From Nemertoderma westbladi (Eukaryota > Animalia > Xenacoelomorpha): a stretch of 64,000 nucleotides of DNA. The notes under the pieces were generated by a model. That model had not been told where the DNA came from, did not search any database, and was given only the letters and a program-made list of their open reading frames with translations. Both the position numbers and the translations under genes were made by a program. Below, in pieces: positions 11,648 to 25,426 of the stretch; within the stretch, counting starts at the first letter, position 1, and each line of letters opens with the position of its first letter. Where the stretch lies: positions 13,783 through 77,782 of the forward strand of contig JAUCBJ010007602.1 of NCBI GenBank assembly GCA_032718475.1, given 5' to 3'.

Positions 11648-14280
11648 CCCAGGCGCGGGGTCACGTCCACTCCTTGAGGGCCTTTATTAAATCGATCCGG
11701 GCGTGGGGTCACGCTCATTCTTTGTGGGCCTTTATTAAATCTACCCGGGCGCGGGGTCGCGCTCACTCCATGTGGGCCTTTATTAAATCTACCCGGTCGC
11801 GTGGTCACCCTCACTCTTTGTGGGCTTTATTAAATCTACCCGAGCGCGGGGTCACGCTCCCTCCCTATGGGCTTTATTAAATCTACCTGGGCGCGGGGTC
11901 ACACTCACCCTTTGTGGGCTTTATTAAATCTACCCGGGCGCAGGGTCACGCTCACTCTTTGTGGGCCTTTACGAAGTCTACCCGGGCACGGGGTCACGCT
12001 CAATCTATGTGGGCCTTTATTAAATCTACCTGGGCGCGGGGTCATGCTCACCCTTAGTGGGCTTTATTAAATCTACACGGGCGTGGGGTCACGCGCACTC
12101 TTTGTGGGCTTTATTAAATCTACCCAGGCGCGGGGTCACGTTCACTCCTTGTGGGCCTTTATTAAATCGACCCGGGCACGGGGTCACGCTCACTCTTTGT
12201 GGGCCTTTATTAAATCTACCTGAGCGTGTGGTCGCGCTTACTCCATGTGGGTCTTTATTAAATCTACCCAGTCGTGGGGTCACCCTCACTCTTTGTGGGC
12301 TTTATCAAATCTACCCGATCGCGGGGTCACGTTCACTCCTTGTGGGCCTTTATTAAATCTACCCGGGCGTGGGGTCAGGCTCACCCTTAGCGGGCTTTAT
12401 TTTATTCTTCCAGGGCGCGGGATCAAGCTCACTCTTTGTGGGCCTTTATTAAATCTACCTGGGCACGGGGTCAAGCTCACTCTTTGTAGGCTTTATTAAA
12501 TCTACCTGGGCACGGGGTCAAGCTCACTCTTTGTAGGCTTTATTAAATCTACCCAGGTGCAGGGTCACACACTCTTTGTGGGCTTTATTAAATCTACCCG
12601 GGCGCGGGGTCAAGCTTACTCTTTGTGGGCTTTATTAAATCTACCCGGACATGGGGTCACACTCACTCCTTGTGGGCCTTTATTGAATCTACCCGGGCGC
12701 GGGGTCAAGCTTACTCTTTGTGGGCCTTTATTAAATCTACCCGGGCGCGGGTCATGCTCACTCCATGTGGGTCTTTATTAAATCTACCCGGGCGCGGGGT
12801 CACGCTCACCCTTAGTGGGCTTTATTAAATCTACCCAGTCGCGGGGTCACGTTCACTCTTTGTAGGCCTTTACGAAATCTACCTGGGCGCGGGGTCACAC
12901 TCACTCCATGTGGGCCTTTATTAAATCCACCCGTGCGCGGGGTCACGGTCACCCTTAGTGGGCTTATTCAATCTACACGGGCGTGGGGTCACGCTCACTC
13001 CCTGTGGGCTTTATTAAATCTACCTCGGCGCGGGGTCACGCTCACTCTTTGTGGGCTTTATTAAATCTACCCAGGCACGGGGTCATGTCCACTCCTTGTG
13101 GGCCTTTATTAAATCGATCCGGGCGTGGGGTCACGCTCATTCTTTGTGGGCCTTTATTAAATCTACCTGAGTGTGTGGTCGCGCTTACTCCATGTGGGTC
13201 TTTATTAAATCTACCCGGTCGCGGGGTCACCCTCACTCTTTATGGGCTTTATTAAATCTACCCAGGCACGGGGTCATGTCCACTCCTTGTGGGCCTTTAT
13301 TAAATCGATCCGGGCGTGGGGTCACGCTCATTCTTTGTGGGCCTTTATTAAATCTACCTGAGCGTGTGGTCACGCTTACTCCCTGTGGGCTTTATTAAAT
13401 CTACCCGGGCGTGGGGTCACACTCACCTTTTGTGGGCTTTATTAAATCTACCCGGGCGCGGGATCACGCTCACTCTTTGTGGGCCTTTACGAAGTCTACC
13501 CGGGCGAGGGGTCACGCTCACTCCATGTGGGCCTTTATTAAATCTACCCGGGCGCGGGGTCATGCTCACCCTTAGTGGGCTTTATTAAATCTACACGGGC
13601 GTGGGGTCACGCTCACTCCCTGTGGGCTTTATTAAATCTACCCGGGCGCGGGATCACGCTCACTCTTTGTGGGCCTTTACGAAGTCTACCCGGGCGAGGG
13701 GTCACGCTCACTCCATGTGGGCCTTTATTAAATCTACCCGGGCGTGGGGTCATGCTCACCCTTAGTGGGCTTTATTAAATCTACCCAGGCGCAGTATCAC
13801 GCTCACTCTTTGTGGGCCTTTACGAAGTCTACCCGGGCGAGGGGTCACGCTCACTCCATGTGGGCCTTTATTAAATCTACACGGGCGTGGGGTCACGCTC
13901 ACTCCCTGTGGGCTTTATTAAATCTACCCCGGCGCGGGATCACGCTCACTCTTTGTGGGCCTTTACGAAGTCTACCCGGGCGAGGGGTCACGCTCACTCC
14001 ATGTGGGCCTTTATTAAATCTACCCGGGCGCGGGGTCATGCTCACCCTTAGTGGGCTTTATTAAATCTACCCGGGCGCGGTATCACGCTCACTCTTTGTG
14101 GGCCTTTACGAAGTCTACCCGGGCGAGGGGTCACGCTCACTCCATGTGGGCCTTTATTAAATCTACCCGGGCGCGGGGTCATGCTCACCCTTAGTGGGCT
14201 TTATTAAATCTACCCGAACGCAGGGTCACGTTCACTCCTTGTGGGCCTTTATTAAATCTACCCGGGCGTGGGGTCACGCT
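11648..14280. repeat. 47-48-bp satellite, array 2
   Basis: Same unit as array 1, with ~190-bp (4-mer) sub-repeats at 13.4-14.2 kb; ends in the same GCTTCGAAGCAGTCATC junction as array 1. Confidence 0.95.
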
Positions 14281-14348
14281 TCGAAGCAGTCATCATCAAC
14301 ATCACTGACTAGTCAGATGTCTAGTAAGATATAATCCCCCAGTAAACC

Positions 14349-14612
14349 TGTGGGCTTCCCCTTTCCAGGGTAATGGATATATATAAAAATCAATAACAAT
14401 GAATGACTGAATGTATGAATAATGTAATCCCTGAATCCGGTATCATATAACTGAATGTCAGTACAATGCAATACAGCAATAATATATATATATATAGATC
14501 TATAACGGACCGGTACCGTACTGCAATACAATGCAATAACTGAATGTCTAATCATCTCCCTATATCATAATAAAAATGTATGTACTGTATGATAAAAATA
14601 TATAACCTTACA
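14349..14612 (-). repeat. 3' LTR of the Gypsy element
   Basis: TGTGGGCTTCC...CCTTACA; preceded on the minus strand by the purine tract AAGGGGGAG. Confidence 0.95.
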
Positions 14613-15069
14613 TAACTCCCCCTTACAAATGCGGAGCACATTCCTAATACTACAATTCTCAATATGGTTACTAATAATGATAATGAACATACATATCTGT
14701 AAGGTTGTCAAAAAAAATGCACTATATTTTTTTACAATTAAATTAAATATTTATATATAAGTAAATGGGAGATTACCATAAAATAATGCGTAAGCAATAT
14801 ATATAAGCTTAGAGATACCATCATTAATGTTGCGATCTTGCGAACATTATAGATTATTAATTAATACATTCATTTCACAGTAACATTGTAAATATAATTC
14901 TTGCAGACAAATACTATTTGTACATACAATATGTGAAAAAATAATATAGAACATTTATTTTTTTTTAAATCTTTCAAGAAAAATAGTTTCACACTTATAT
15001 AATAGTAAACAAAAATATACATTAATTTCAATATCAATAAATGTTCAATGAATAAATTGCATTGATAAT

Positions 15070-18025
15070 TTAAACAAACTTGACTCTGCGTTTTACAACT
15101 GACGGTTTGGGAGACAAGAAGTTTCGAGCTAATTCTGTAGCATGTGTTAATTTACGTGTTTGGTGCTGATCCCTAAAATATGAGTCCGAATATTTTACAC
15201 ATTTATCCTTTGTAACAAAACCACACTTATTTATGGCAAGGTAATTGACTGGAACTTCATTAGGAAAACAATGTCTCTTATTAATTACTGAATCATATGG
15301 TAATATTAACGCTGGCCAATAACTATCGGATAAAGGTGCACAAACAACCTTATGTTTTAAAATCTTTGGAGCATGTCTTTTGCAAGTATGTGTTTCTCTC
15401 GATTCACTTGTCCCGATCCCAGTTTTCGATAGAGATCCCGGTACAATCATCTTTTGGTTAGTTATTTCAGTTTGCGAATTTTGTGAACTTTCATGGGTAT
15501 TCCAATTGTTGTTATCATCTATTTGTAAGAAAGCAGGTTTAACCCGGTCCATTGATATTTTCGTTGGAATACCTTTGACGCTTATTGAGACAGTTTTATC
15601 ATTCCGTTCAATTACTTCATAAGGGCCTGTATATCGATAAACTAGACTTCCTTTTTTACGATCATTTCTAATCCACACATGTGAAATGTCTTTCATATAT
15701 TTTGGAACATATGTTGAAGTCGAATTGTGTTTCCGATCAGGTGCTACAAACGACCTTATTGTAGACATTAATTTCTCCATATATGCAGGAACTTTGAGAG
15801 TCTTTGTTTGGTTATCCGGGATTATAAATTGTCCAGGTAGATCTACAACTCCACCTAAAACCATTTCGGAAGGGCTATAACCTTTTTTTGTAATTGAAGT
15901 TCTTAAACCCAATGGTAATGCCTGTGACCAACTTTTATCTGCAGCGTGTGCCCGCAAAGCATTTTTCATAGTGCGATGCATTCGTTCAACAGCACCATTA
16001 CTTTGTGGGTGATATGTTGTTGTTCTCTTGCGTTGAATACCCAACTGCCTCATTAATTCTTCCCATACCTTTGACTCAAACTGGCTTCCTCGGTCTGAAA
16101 TTAAGTTACGTGGTACTCCAAAAATGCTGATCCATCCAGAAATAAGGGCATTTACAACAGTTTCGGCATCAATACTTTTTACTGGAATGGCTACTGGCCA
16201 ACATGTATATCTATCAATGACAGTCACTAAATAATTATAACCATTGGAAGGTATAAATTCTCCAACAATGTCAATATGAATAGTCTGAAATCTATCAGTG
16301 TTTTCAATATTTCCAATTTCAGTTTTAATGTGCCGTGTAACTTTAGCCTTTTGACATCGTATGCATTGTCGGCACCATTTCCGAACATCCTTACGCATAC
16401 TAGGCCAAATGTACCTTTCGGCAATTAGCTTGTATGTTTTGTTGAAACCCAAATGTGCTAAATTGTGATGATGTTGGAATAATTTAAATCGCATTTCATA
16501 TGGGATGTATGGTCTTAAATGTCCTTTCGTATTATCACACATAATGACTTTATCATCAGTCTTCAATTCATGAAGTGGTAATGTAGTTTTTTCGAAAAAA
16601 CTTATTAGAGAAGGGTCAGATAATTGCATATCAGCTATTGATGAATCAATGTCAACCATAATTGCTGCAGTTTGTGTTGTCCATGATAACGTATCTGCAA
16701 CTATGTTTGAATTTCCAGAAATATGCTGGATTGAGGTAGTGAATTCTGAAATGTATGATATCCACCTTGTCTGCTGTGGGGATGGATTTTTCATATTTAG
16801 TATATGTATTAGAGGTTTGTGATCTGTTTTGATTATTATATTGGAACCGAGTAACCAAGAGAAGTGTTTTAGGGATAAATATATTGCCAATAACTCTCTG
16901 TCAAAGACTGATTTCTTTTGTTCTCGCGGTGTAAACTTAGCCGAAAAAAATGCTAATGGAAAACGTTCATCATTAATAACTTGGTGAACCACAGCACCCG
17001 CTGCTGTATTTGATGCTTCTGTAGTAAGTTCTATTTTTGATTCAGGCTTATTACATGGAAAGGATAATGTGACACTCTCCAAAATTGCAAATTTGAGTTT
17101 CTCAAATGCTGCTGAAGCTACATCTGTCCATATAAGAAAATTGTTTTTTGACTTCTTATTGTAGTTCCGGGTGAGATCTGTTAGGGGTGATGCAATATCC
17201 GAGAATTTCGGTATGAATTTATGGTAAAATCCTGCCATACCTAATAGTCGTTTTAATTGTTTGATACTTTCTGGTTTTTGGTAGTTTATGATCGCTTCTA
17301 ACTTTTCTGGCAATGGTTTGATACCATCTTTTGATATTTCTGCACCCAAAAATTCCACTTTATCATAGAAAAATTTACACTTTTCAATCCTCAAATGTAG
17401 ACCATATTCTGCAAGTCGATTGAAAATTATTTTCAAATGTTCTAGGTGTTCCTTAGGTGTCTTACTTCCTACCAATACATCATCTACATAACACCAGATG
17501 AAAGTCAACCCATAAAGGGCTACATCCATTATCCTCTGAAATGTTTGCGATGCATTGCGCAACCCATACGGCATTCTTCGAAAAATGAAAAGACCAAATG
17601 GGGTAGAGATTGCAGTTTTAATTTGGTCTTCTTCCGCAACTGGTACTTGCATATATGCCGATGCTAAATCTAGTTTAGAGAAAATATTGCATCCATGCAA
17701 AGCAGCTGGTAAGTCATTCAAATTTGGCATTGGATATCTGTCTGGGACTGTATGTTTATTTAATTCTCTATAATCACCGCAACTGCGGTAAGGTGTTGTT
17801 TTTGAATGGGGTTGAGGTGCAACATGTAATGGTGATGCATATGGTGATTCACTGCGAAAGCATATATCCTGTTGGAGCCATTTATTGAAAGCTTCTTTAG
17901 CAGCTTCCAATCTGTCCCCAAATAATCGCCTTGGTTTGCAATATGTTGGCATACCACTTGTTATGATGTGATGTTTAATATTATGTTTTACTTCTTCTTC
18001 TGCACTTACTGGTTTAAATACATCT
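15070..18025 (-). pseudogene. Gypsy pol, RT-RNase H-integrase portion (split from protease by the LINE insertion)
   Basis: KLDLASAY, MPYGLRNASQTFQR and YVDD (RT); TEASN..ERELLA-like DRELLAI..TDHKPL (RNase H); HHNLAH..CIRC, HIDIVG, SDRGSQF, NGAVER (integrase); GPY motif. Confidence 0.93.
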
Positions 18026-21000
18026 CGGACGCGGGCCCCGAAGATCAACTGTCCCGTCTGTCAACGAGGAACAAACTCTCGGAGTAAGATCGTCCAATGC
18101 GAGAGTTGTGACACATTTGTACATTTAAAATGTTACCGCAGCAAACGCAGTAATTTATTCTCCACCAGAAACAATCTTGAACCAAGTTTTCTCTGCAATA
18201 GCTGTATTTTTACAGAACTTCCCTTTCATGATACAATTTTAGAATCAGAAACCGACGATTCATTTCTCACATCGCCTCTGCAAACTCCAAGTGATGCTGA
18301 GAGTGAAACTTTTAATTTTTTTAAGAAAAAAGGTCTGCATTTTTTGCACTTAAACGCACGATCTCTGCTTCCAAAACTTTCCGAAATTCGTATTTTAATC
18401 AATAAATCCAACCCAGCAGTTTTAACAATCTCTGAAACTTGGCTCGATGATAGTGTTTCTGATGGAGAAATTTATATTGACAATTACGTAGTTTTACGTA
18501 AGGATAGGGACAGACACGGTGGTGGTGTCTGTACTTACATTCGATGTGATTTAGCTTTTAATCGTAGGGAAGATTTAGAGACTTGTGACGAAGTTTTACT
18601 GGTGGAACTTTTACTTCCTAAAACTAAACCTATTTTAATCGGTACTTTATATCGGCCCCCTAAACAATCAGATTTTTTGCAAAATTTTGAAAATACAATT
18701 TTATGTAATCTTAGGTCAGACTGTGAAATATATTTCTTAGGTGATTTTAATATCTGTTACCATCACAAAGCATCCCCCATCTGTAAACAGTACCAAAGTA
18801 TTTTAAATTTGTTTGGTTTAAAACAAATTATTCGAGATTCTACCAGAATTACCAGTAAAACTTCTACTTTACTAGATCACATCCTTTGTAATAATACCGA
18901 TATTATTTCTCAATCTGGGGTTTTACCTATAGGTCTAAGCGATCATTTTATAGTTTTTTGCACAAGAAAGACACAAAAATCTTTTTTCGGGGATCATAAA
19001 ACAGTAACAGTTAGGTCTATGAAAAATTACAGCAAGGAACGCTTTTTAAGTTTGTTAGTTAATTCTGACTGGGAACCCTGTTTTAAGGCCGCTGACATTA
19101 ACCTTGCGTACACTGTTTTTAAAGATATATTTTTAAAGGCACTTAATACTGTAGCACCAATTAAAAAAATTAGTCTTAAACAACGCACTGAGCCCTGGAT
19201 GACCTCGGGTATTCTTAGTAATATCAGAGAAAGAGATAACTATTTGTATAAATTTAGGAAATACCGTGTTTTAGCTGATTATAATAATTACTGCAAATAT
19301 AGAAACCTTGTCCAACGGGAAATAAAAAAAGCTAAATCTGAATATTTGTACAACAAAATAAGTGAGAATAAAGATAATCCAAAAAGTCTATGGTCTACCC
19401 TAAAATCTTTAGGTTATAAAAACCTTAAATCTAAATCGAATATTGTTCTGCAAGATAACGGTGAGCTGATTCATGATCATACTCTAGTTAGTAATTTATT
19501 TAATAATTATTTTACTAATGTTGCCTCTAATTTAGTTAAGAAATTACCGTTATCAAGTAATAAATATAGTATAGGGTCCGAAACTCTAAATAATTTTTAT
19601 TTAGAAAAGTTACAAAATTCAGAAAAGTTATTTTTAAAACCCGTTTCTGAGGATTTCGTTTTTAAAAATCTACTTAGCCTATCAGCCTCAAAAAGTACCG
19701 GTCTAGATCTAATACCTGCCCGTTTTCTTAAGGATGGTGCTGAAGTACTTAAAGTGCCTATTACTTTTATTATTAATTACTCGATCGTAGATAATGTAGT
19801 ACCAGACGAACTGAAATTAGCTAAGGTTGTTCCTCTGTATAAAAAGAATAGTAAAGTAGAACCCTGTAATTACAGACCTGTTAGTATCTTAAGTATTGTA
19901 TCTAAAATTCTAGAACGTTCTGTTTTTCTACAGCTGGAGGCACATCTTAGTAGGCTAAATCTGATCTATGAACTTCAGTCCGGATTTCGTAAATCATATT
20001 CTACAGACACCTGCCTTATTAACTTAACTGATACAATTAGATGTAATAACGCAAAGGGTTTATATACTGGTATGGTAATGTTGGACCTACAAAAGGCTTT
20101 CGATACTGTAGATCACGAAATTCTGCTTGGTAAGTTAGGCCTGATGGGTGTAGGTTCTATAGACTGGTTCAAGTCCTACCTGTCAGACAGAGGTCAAACT
20201 GTAGTCATTAGCAAATCGCTGTCTACTGTACAAGAGATTACCTGTGGTGTACTGCAAGGTAGTATATTAGGTCCTCTGCTTTTTGTATGCTATGTAAATG
20301 ATATGATAAGTAGTATAGATCCCGATTTTAAACTCATTTTATATGCCGACGACAGTGCTCTTATCTTCTCTCATAAAGATCCTATCCATATTTCCCAAAA
20401 GTTAAGTGCAGTTCTAGAATCCTGTAATGAGTGGTTGGTTGATAATAAGCTATCCATTCACTACGGTAAAACTGAAAGTATTTTGTTTGGTTCCAAAAGA
20501 AAGTTAAAGAAGGTAACTAAGTTTGAAGTCACTAGTAATGGACATAAGATTGAAAATAAAAAGGAAGTTAAATATTTAGGCGCCACATTGGATAACTGCT
20601 TATCAGGAGAAAGTACAGTGAAAAATATTTTCTCGAAAGTTAACAGTAGGCTTAGGTTTCTATACAGAAATAAAAATAGTTTAAATACCGACTCCCGCAA
20701 GTTACTTTGCTCTTCTTTAATACAGTGTCACATGGACTATGCGTGCTCTTCTTGGTATGAAGGCTTAACCAAACAGCTTAAATGTAAATTACAAGTAGCT
20801 CAGAATAAAGTAGTACGATTTATTAAAGACTACAAACCTAGGCACCACCTAACTCCAGATGACTTTTCTGAATCTGGACTACTTAACTTAGATAGTAGAG
20901 TTAAGCAGCTACGCCTTAACCATGTGTATAAAGTGTATAATGGTAAATGTCCCAATTACCTAAAACAAAAATTCAACAGAGTACGCGATACACACTCTTA

Positions 21001-21211
21001 CAGTACCAGAGCTAGTGCTTCAAACTTCTACCTCCCGAATTGTAAATCCTTTGAATCTGATACTTTCTTTTTTAACGGCATAAAAAATTGGAACGCTCTG
21101 CCTAATGAAATTAAAAACCTAGATAATCAACATTATTTTAAATCTGCAGTTAAATCTCATCTCCGTGTGCAATGTAAAAATAGGTACAATAGTTCTACAG
21201 TAAGTTATTAG
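18026..21211 (+). CDS. LINE ORF2: PHD finger, APE endonuclease, reverse transcriptase (no start codon; 5'-truncated)
   Basis: The frame is open from 18026: CPVC..CESC..HLKC..CNSC (C4HC3); HLNARSL, ISETWL, GDFN, LDHI, SDH (APE); [28 protein letters not shown] (RT). Confidence 0.92.
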   Translation, partial: RTRAPKINCPVCQRGTNSRSKIVQCESCDTFVHLKCYRSKRSNLFSTRNNLEPSFLCNSCIFTELPFHDTILESETDDSFLTSPLQTPSDAESETFNFFKKKGLHFLHLNARSLLPKLSEIRILINKSNPAVLTISETWLDDSVSDGEIYIDNYVVLRKDRDRHGGGVCTYIRCDLAFNRREDLETCDEVLLVELLLPKTKPILIGTLYRPPKQSDFLQNFENTILCNLRSDCEIYFLGDFNICYHHKASPICKQYQSILNLFGLKQIIRDSTRITSKTSTLLDHILCNNTDIISQSGVLPIGLSDHFIVFCTRKTQKSFFGDHKTVTVRSMKNYSKERFLSLLVNSDWEPCFKAADINLAYTVFKDIFLKALNTVAPIKKISLKQRTEPWMTSGILSNIRERDNYLYKFRKYRVLADYNNYCKYRNLVQREIKKAKSEYLYNKISENKDNPKSLWSTLKSLGYKNLKSKSNIVLQDNGELIHDHTLVSNLFNNYFTNVASNLVKKLPLSSNKYSIGSETLNNFYLEKLQNSEKLFLKPVSEDFVFKNLLSLSASKSTGLDLIPARFLKDGAEVLKVPITFIINYSIVDNVVPDELKLAKVVPLYKKNSKVEPCNYRPVSILSIVSKILERSVFLQLEAHLSRLNLIYELQSGFRKSYSTDTCLINLTDTIRCNNAKGLYTGMVMLDLQKAFDTVDHEILLGKLGLMGVGSIDWFKSYLSDRGQTVVISKSLSTVQEITCGVLQGSILGPLLFVCYVNDMISSIDPDFKLILYADDSALIFSHKDPIHISQKLSAVLESCNEWLVDNKLSIHYGKTESILFGSKRKLKKVTKFEVTSNGHKIENKKEVKYLGATLDNCLSGESTVKNIFSKVNSRLRFLYRNKNSLNTDSRKLLCSSLIQCHMDYACSSWYEGLTKQLKCKLQVAQNKVVRFIKDYKPRHHLTPDDFSESGLLNLDSRVKQLRLNHVYKVYNGKCPNYLKQKFNRVRDTHSYSTRASASNFYLPNCKSFESDTFFFNGIKNWNALPNEIKNLDNQHYFKSAVKSHLRVQCKNRYNSSTVSY

Positions 21212-21545
21212 TTTATTAATTATTTACTATTTATACTGTAATTACGTTTTATAATAAATTGTTCTGTACATTACATCTTTATCGTTGAGTCGGGCATTGT
21301 CACGCTCTCGGTAAAGTTGTACATGTACATAGTGTAATTACGTTTTATATTGGTTTTAGGTTAGCGTAGTGTAATATTGTATTTGTAACCAAGTAACATA
21401 AAGGACCCCCTTGGAAATAAGCTGCAAAGCTTTAGGGGTAATCCTATATGTTATGTTGGACAATACCTTTATACCGGTACATTGTTTGGTGTATTTGTTA
21501 TTGTTTTTACATAATGTATAAATAAATCTATCTATCTATCTATCT
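18026..21545 (+). mobile_element. 5'-truncated non-LTR retrotransposon (CR1/L2-group LINE) inserted antisense into Gypsy pol
   Basis: Interrupts ...ISNCKD|VFKPV... of pol; AATAAA followed by an (ATCT)5 tail at 21526-21545; ATCT also at 18022-18025. Confidence 0.93.
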
Positions 21546-21996
21546 TTGCAGTTTGAGATTAGTTTAGTCACCTGTGGTAAATATAACTCATTACCAATCT
21601 TGATATGGTTTATACAAAAGTTATCACCATAATTTGTTTTAGGTTGAGTTTTACAAAATTGGCGAGTGTATATAATATCTTTCGATTGAATTAATCTATC
21701 ATTTGCACAATCAATCAGCATATTATAATGTTTCATAAAATCTTTTCCCAATAATGGTTCTGTCACTTCAGCTATAAAGAAAGTCCAATTAAATGTTTGG
21801 TTTGGAAACTCTTGAATTGTAAATGAAAGGTTTTTTCTAGCTATAATTTTTATTGGAGTTCCATTAGCAGCCTTTAAATTAAAATCTGGAGGAGAATAAC
21901 AATCAGAAGTGGCATAACTTAATGGTAAGCAACTGTACCATGTACCACTATCTGCTAAGAAATGACCTATTGGGTGTGCGGTGACATAAATTGAAT
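21546..21996 (-). pseudogene. Gypsy protease portion of pol
   Basis: Manual translation HFLADSGTWYSCLP...LKAANGTPI...EPLLGKDFM; continues into 15070-18025 once the LINE is removed. Confidence 0.85.
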
Positions 21997-23175
21997 TTAC
22001 TCCGACGGATTCCGCATTCCCGTCGGAGAATGGGAGTTTTCCGAATGAGGTATACTATCTCGACTATATTGATGTGGGATACCTGCACTACCTTCTCTAG
22101 AATGATTAGAGTCACCACTTCGATAATAAGTTGGTTGATTTATTCTCCATGAACAATACTCTGGACCTGCACACTTAGTTGCCTTTTGTCCAAATCTCCA
22201 GTGGTACCAACAATGTTTTCCAGCTGGATTACAAGAACGTGAACTTGATCGTGGTCTACTATAATTTCTGATTGAAGAATTTGATGGACTTCGTTGACCA
22301 TAATAATTGTTACTCCTACTTCTTGTAGGTGACCTGCCTCGATGATTTTGTGTTTGAAGACTTTCTACAGCTTGGGTTAACTTATTTATTTGTCTTACCA
22401 TATCATCTCTCCATGGGTTTGTAACTGCATTATCTGCGGCTACCTGTACAGCTGATACACCTTGATGAGTACTTAGTTGAATATTCTCCATCATCCTATC
22501 TGCTATTTCAGCTAACTTAGTTAATGACACACCCTCTAGAGACACTAATGATAACCTTATGGGTTCAGGTAAAATTTCTAGAAATCTTATTTTAACAATG
22601 TTTTCATTGTTGGGTGCTAACCTTTGAAGTTTACGGAGGGCAACTGATGGTTTGGTGTCCCCTAAATAATGTTCTTTAAGTAATTGTTTCAGTCGCCTGT
22701 CTGCACTATCATCAAAGTGGGTTATTAGACTTTCCTTGATTATGTTAAAATTATCAGTAACACATGCACCACTTTCAAATAATACATTGGTAGGTATTGC
22801 AGAAAGTAAGCTTGCCTTTTTAACATTTTCATTACAGTTATCCAAAATTTGTTCAATTTGATCAAACCACACACGGGTATCCTTCTCATAGAAAATTGGC
22901 AGTTTTATAGGCCTACTACTTGTATCTGGATCAGTATGTGCTGATGAAACATTGTGTAACGGTATATTCGACTGAGGTTGAGGAATGTGAACTTGAGTTT
23001 GGTGGATATGACTTAATGCCAATTTTACAGCATTTTGGTTTTCCATTTTTAATATCTCTATTATTTCACTTTTTGTTTTCTTTGATGTATTATCTGGATG
23101 GTAATCTGGATCCCCTTCATTTAAAATCTCCAGTGCCATTTCTAAAGTTGATTTGTTTATGTGATCGTAATTCAT
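21997..23175 (-). CDS. Gypsy gag (392 aa)
   Basis: KLPIFYEKDTRVWFDQIE, LGDTKPS..L, and a CWYHWRFGQKATKC..C zinc motif typical of invertebrate Gypsy gag. Confidence 0.9.
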   Translation of the reverse strand: MNYDHINKSTLEMALEILNEGDPDYHPDNTSKKTKSEIIEILKMENQNAVKLALSHIHQTQVHIPQPQSNIPLHNVSSAHTDPDTSSRPIKLPIFYEKDTRVWFDQIEQILDNCNENVKKASLLSAIPTNVLFESGACVTDNFNIIKESLITHFDDSADRRLKQLLKEHYLGDTKPSVALRKLQRLAPNNENIVKIRFLEILPEPIRLSLVSLEGVSLTKLAEIADRMMENIQLSTHQGVSAVQVAADNAVTNPWRDDMVRQINKLTQAVESLQTQNHRGRSPTRSRSNNYYGQRSPSNSSIRNYSRPRSSSRSCNPAGKHCWYHWRFGQKATKCAGPEYCSWRINQPTYYRSGDSNHSREGSAGIPHQYSRDSIPHSENSHSPTGMRNPSE

Positions 23176-23636
23176 TTTTCTTTTTTATCTTTGTCAGGTT
23201 GTAGGGCAGTAGGTAGGCAGTTAGGGTAGGTTTCCCAACTGGTGGTAGGCCAGTATGCAGTAGGCAGATTGTTGTATCAGCCCCTGTCCGTATATATCAT
23301 AATGCAACAGCAGGCTGGCAGGCCTATTACAATATCATAATACAGCAATATTACAATCAAAATTTCGCTTTTTTTTTCGAGTATTTTTTTTAGCGGCCTA
23401 CCGGTACTGCGGTAGTTTGAATATTTTATTGACTGATTGAGTCAGTAGGCAGGTAGGCCTAATACCGGGTAGCTATTATACGGTATACGTCACTGTAGCA
23501 TTCAGTCGTCTTACCATACACAATGCAGCAATGTATAATTGTAGTTTTACAGGTTCCGAATGCAATTTTCCAAGTTTAGTTGTGTTGACCATTGTTCAGT
23601 AGTTCCTCTACATTTCATCGCTCGCATCCTGTCGCA

Positions 23637-23653
23637 TCTCGTCTGGGTCACCA
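23637..23653 (-). promoter_or_regulatory. Primer-binding site of the Gypsy element, tRNA-Trp-like
   Basis: TGGTGACCCAGACGAGA, 4 nt downstream of the 5' LTR; resembles the complement of the eukaryotic tRNA-Trp 3' end (TGGTGACCCCGACGTGA, recalled). Confidence 0.75.
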
Positions 23654-23657
23654 TTTG

Positions 23658-23921
23658 TGTGGGCTTCCCCTTTCCTGGGTAATGGATATATATAAAAATC
23701 AATAACAATGAATGACTGAATGTATGAATAATGTAATCCCTGAATCCGGTATCATATAACTGAATGTCAGTACAATGCAATACAGCAATAATATATATAT
23801 ATATAGATCTATAACGGACCGGTACCGTACTGCAATACAATGCAATAACTGAATGTCTAATCATTTCCCTATATCATAATAAAAATGTATGTACTGTATG
23901 ATAAAAATATATAACCTTACA
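23658..23921 (-). repeat. 5' LTR of the Gypsy element
   Basis: Direct repeat of 14349-14612. Confidence 0.95.
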
Positions 23922-23926
23922 AAACC

Positions 23927-25426
23927 CTTAAATAAAGTTTATAGTACTAAAAAAATTCCTAATATGAATAAAATTTATAAACACAACTAAATAACAATAT
24001 AAATTTATGTATAGATAATTAATTAATATAACAGATGATGCCAAAAAAATCGCAGTCGACCGTATTTGCTTTTTACTCATTCGACACTTCTAACACATCA
24101 TAGACTATCCTATCTTATACTCTATCCTCCGATCATAACCTATCCTATCCTATCCTATACTCTATCCTCCTATCATAACCTATCCTATCCTATCCTATCC
24201 TCTATCCTCCTATCATACCCTATCCTATCCTATACTCTATCCTCCTATCATACCCTATCCTATCCTATACTCTATCCTCCGATCATATCCTATACTCTAT
24301 CCTCCTAACCTACCCTACCCTATCCTAACCCTATCCTATCTAACCCTATTCTAATCTAACTATATCCTTGTCCCATCCCTTCCTCTGAAATATCCATCCA
24401 CACTAACCTGATGAGCATCCGTTCACTAACAATGCTATTAGGCTACCCTCCTTTACCTATATATATGTTACATTCATATTTATATATATACTGATATATA
24501 TTACAATAATTATTATGTGTGCATTTATTATAATGTATATGTTTATATGGGTAATAATAAACAATCATAAATAGATTTAATTCCGTCAACCAATCTATTA
24601 CCTGGGCCTAGTATCGGATCTATTATTGTTGATATATTTAGGTCGAAATCAATTTTGGCTCTTATGCTGCAGTTTCTCTATATGAGATCCAAGTAATTAA
24701 TTGTTATTATTGGACGGATCCAATTGTTGTTAGACGGATCCAATTGTTGTTAGACGGATCCAATTGTTGGATGTTGGACGGATCCAATTGTTGGATGTTG
24801 GACGGATCCAATTGTTGGATGTTGGACGGATGCAATTGTTGGATGTTGGACGGATCCAATTGTTGGATGTTGGACGGATCCAATTGTTGGATGTCCTTAT
24901 TTCTCACATGTGTTTGTGTGTTTGTTTGTACACGCACAACTTCATTCATAATGTTGATGGAATTGCATGAAACTTTGATGATAGGTTCATTATCGGACCT
25001 AGTTGTGTATGCTAGGTTTTGGATGTGTCGGACCTGTAGGTTGCTTAGCAACAGTGAAATTAATTATAGAATGACAGATCATAATCGTAGAATTCACTCA
25101 ATCAAAATTATATTGGACACACTTTCTGCAAAATGTAGCCTAGTGGTCAGCTGCTGATGATTGTTGCATTGAATAGATTACTGTAGATGATGTAAATACG
25201 TTTATCACTAATATGTTTGTCACTATCTGTGAACCAACTGCCCGATCCAAATTCCTCCACTAGAGGATCGCGAATCTCCCGCCCACCCATTTTCTTTCAC
25301 TCTTTGATCTTCTCTTCATTTCTTCCGTTTTCTACGACTGATATATATTTTTCCGCACCCGAGATGGGAAGCCTTTTACGTATTTTAAATGTAAATGTAT
25401 TTAATGGGGTTTTCATAAATGTTCTG
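23927..25426. repeat. ~1.65-kb block (copy 2, right part)
   Basis: Continues the 10068-11647 sequence after the Gypsy TSD; microsatellite and minisatellite copy numbers differ from copy 1. Confidence 0.9.

Larger units (their letters stand above)
14349..23921 (-). mobile_element. Ty3/Gypsy LTR retrotransposon, full length, interrupted by a LINE
   Basis: 264-bp LTRs (14349-14612 and 23658-23921), TG...CA, 2 mismatches seen. 5-bp TSD AAACC (14344-14348 and 23922-23926). PPT next to 14613. Gag then PR-RT-RH-IN order. Confidence 0.96.

Noticed and set aside
8726-14064. ORFs such as GPLLNLPGRGVTLT and LLDGSNCW repeats
   Set aside because: Products of the 48-bp satellite and the 20-24-bp minisatellite; no independent coding evidence.
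15070-18048. ORF-track start MIFGARVR for Gypsy pol
   Set aside because: The first codons come from the antisense LINE 5' end; true pol continues at 21546.
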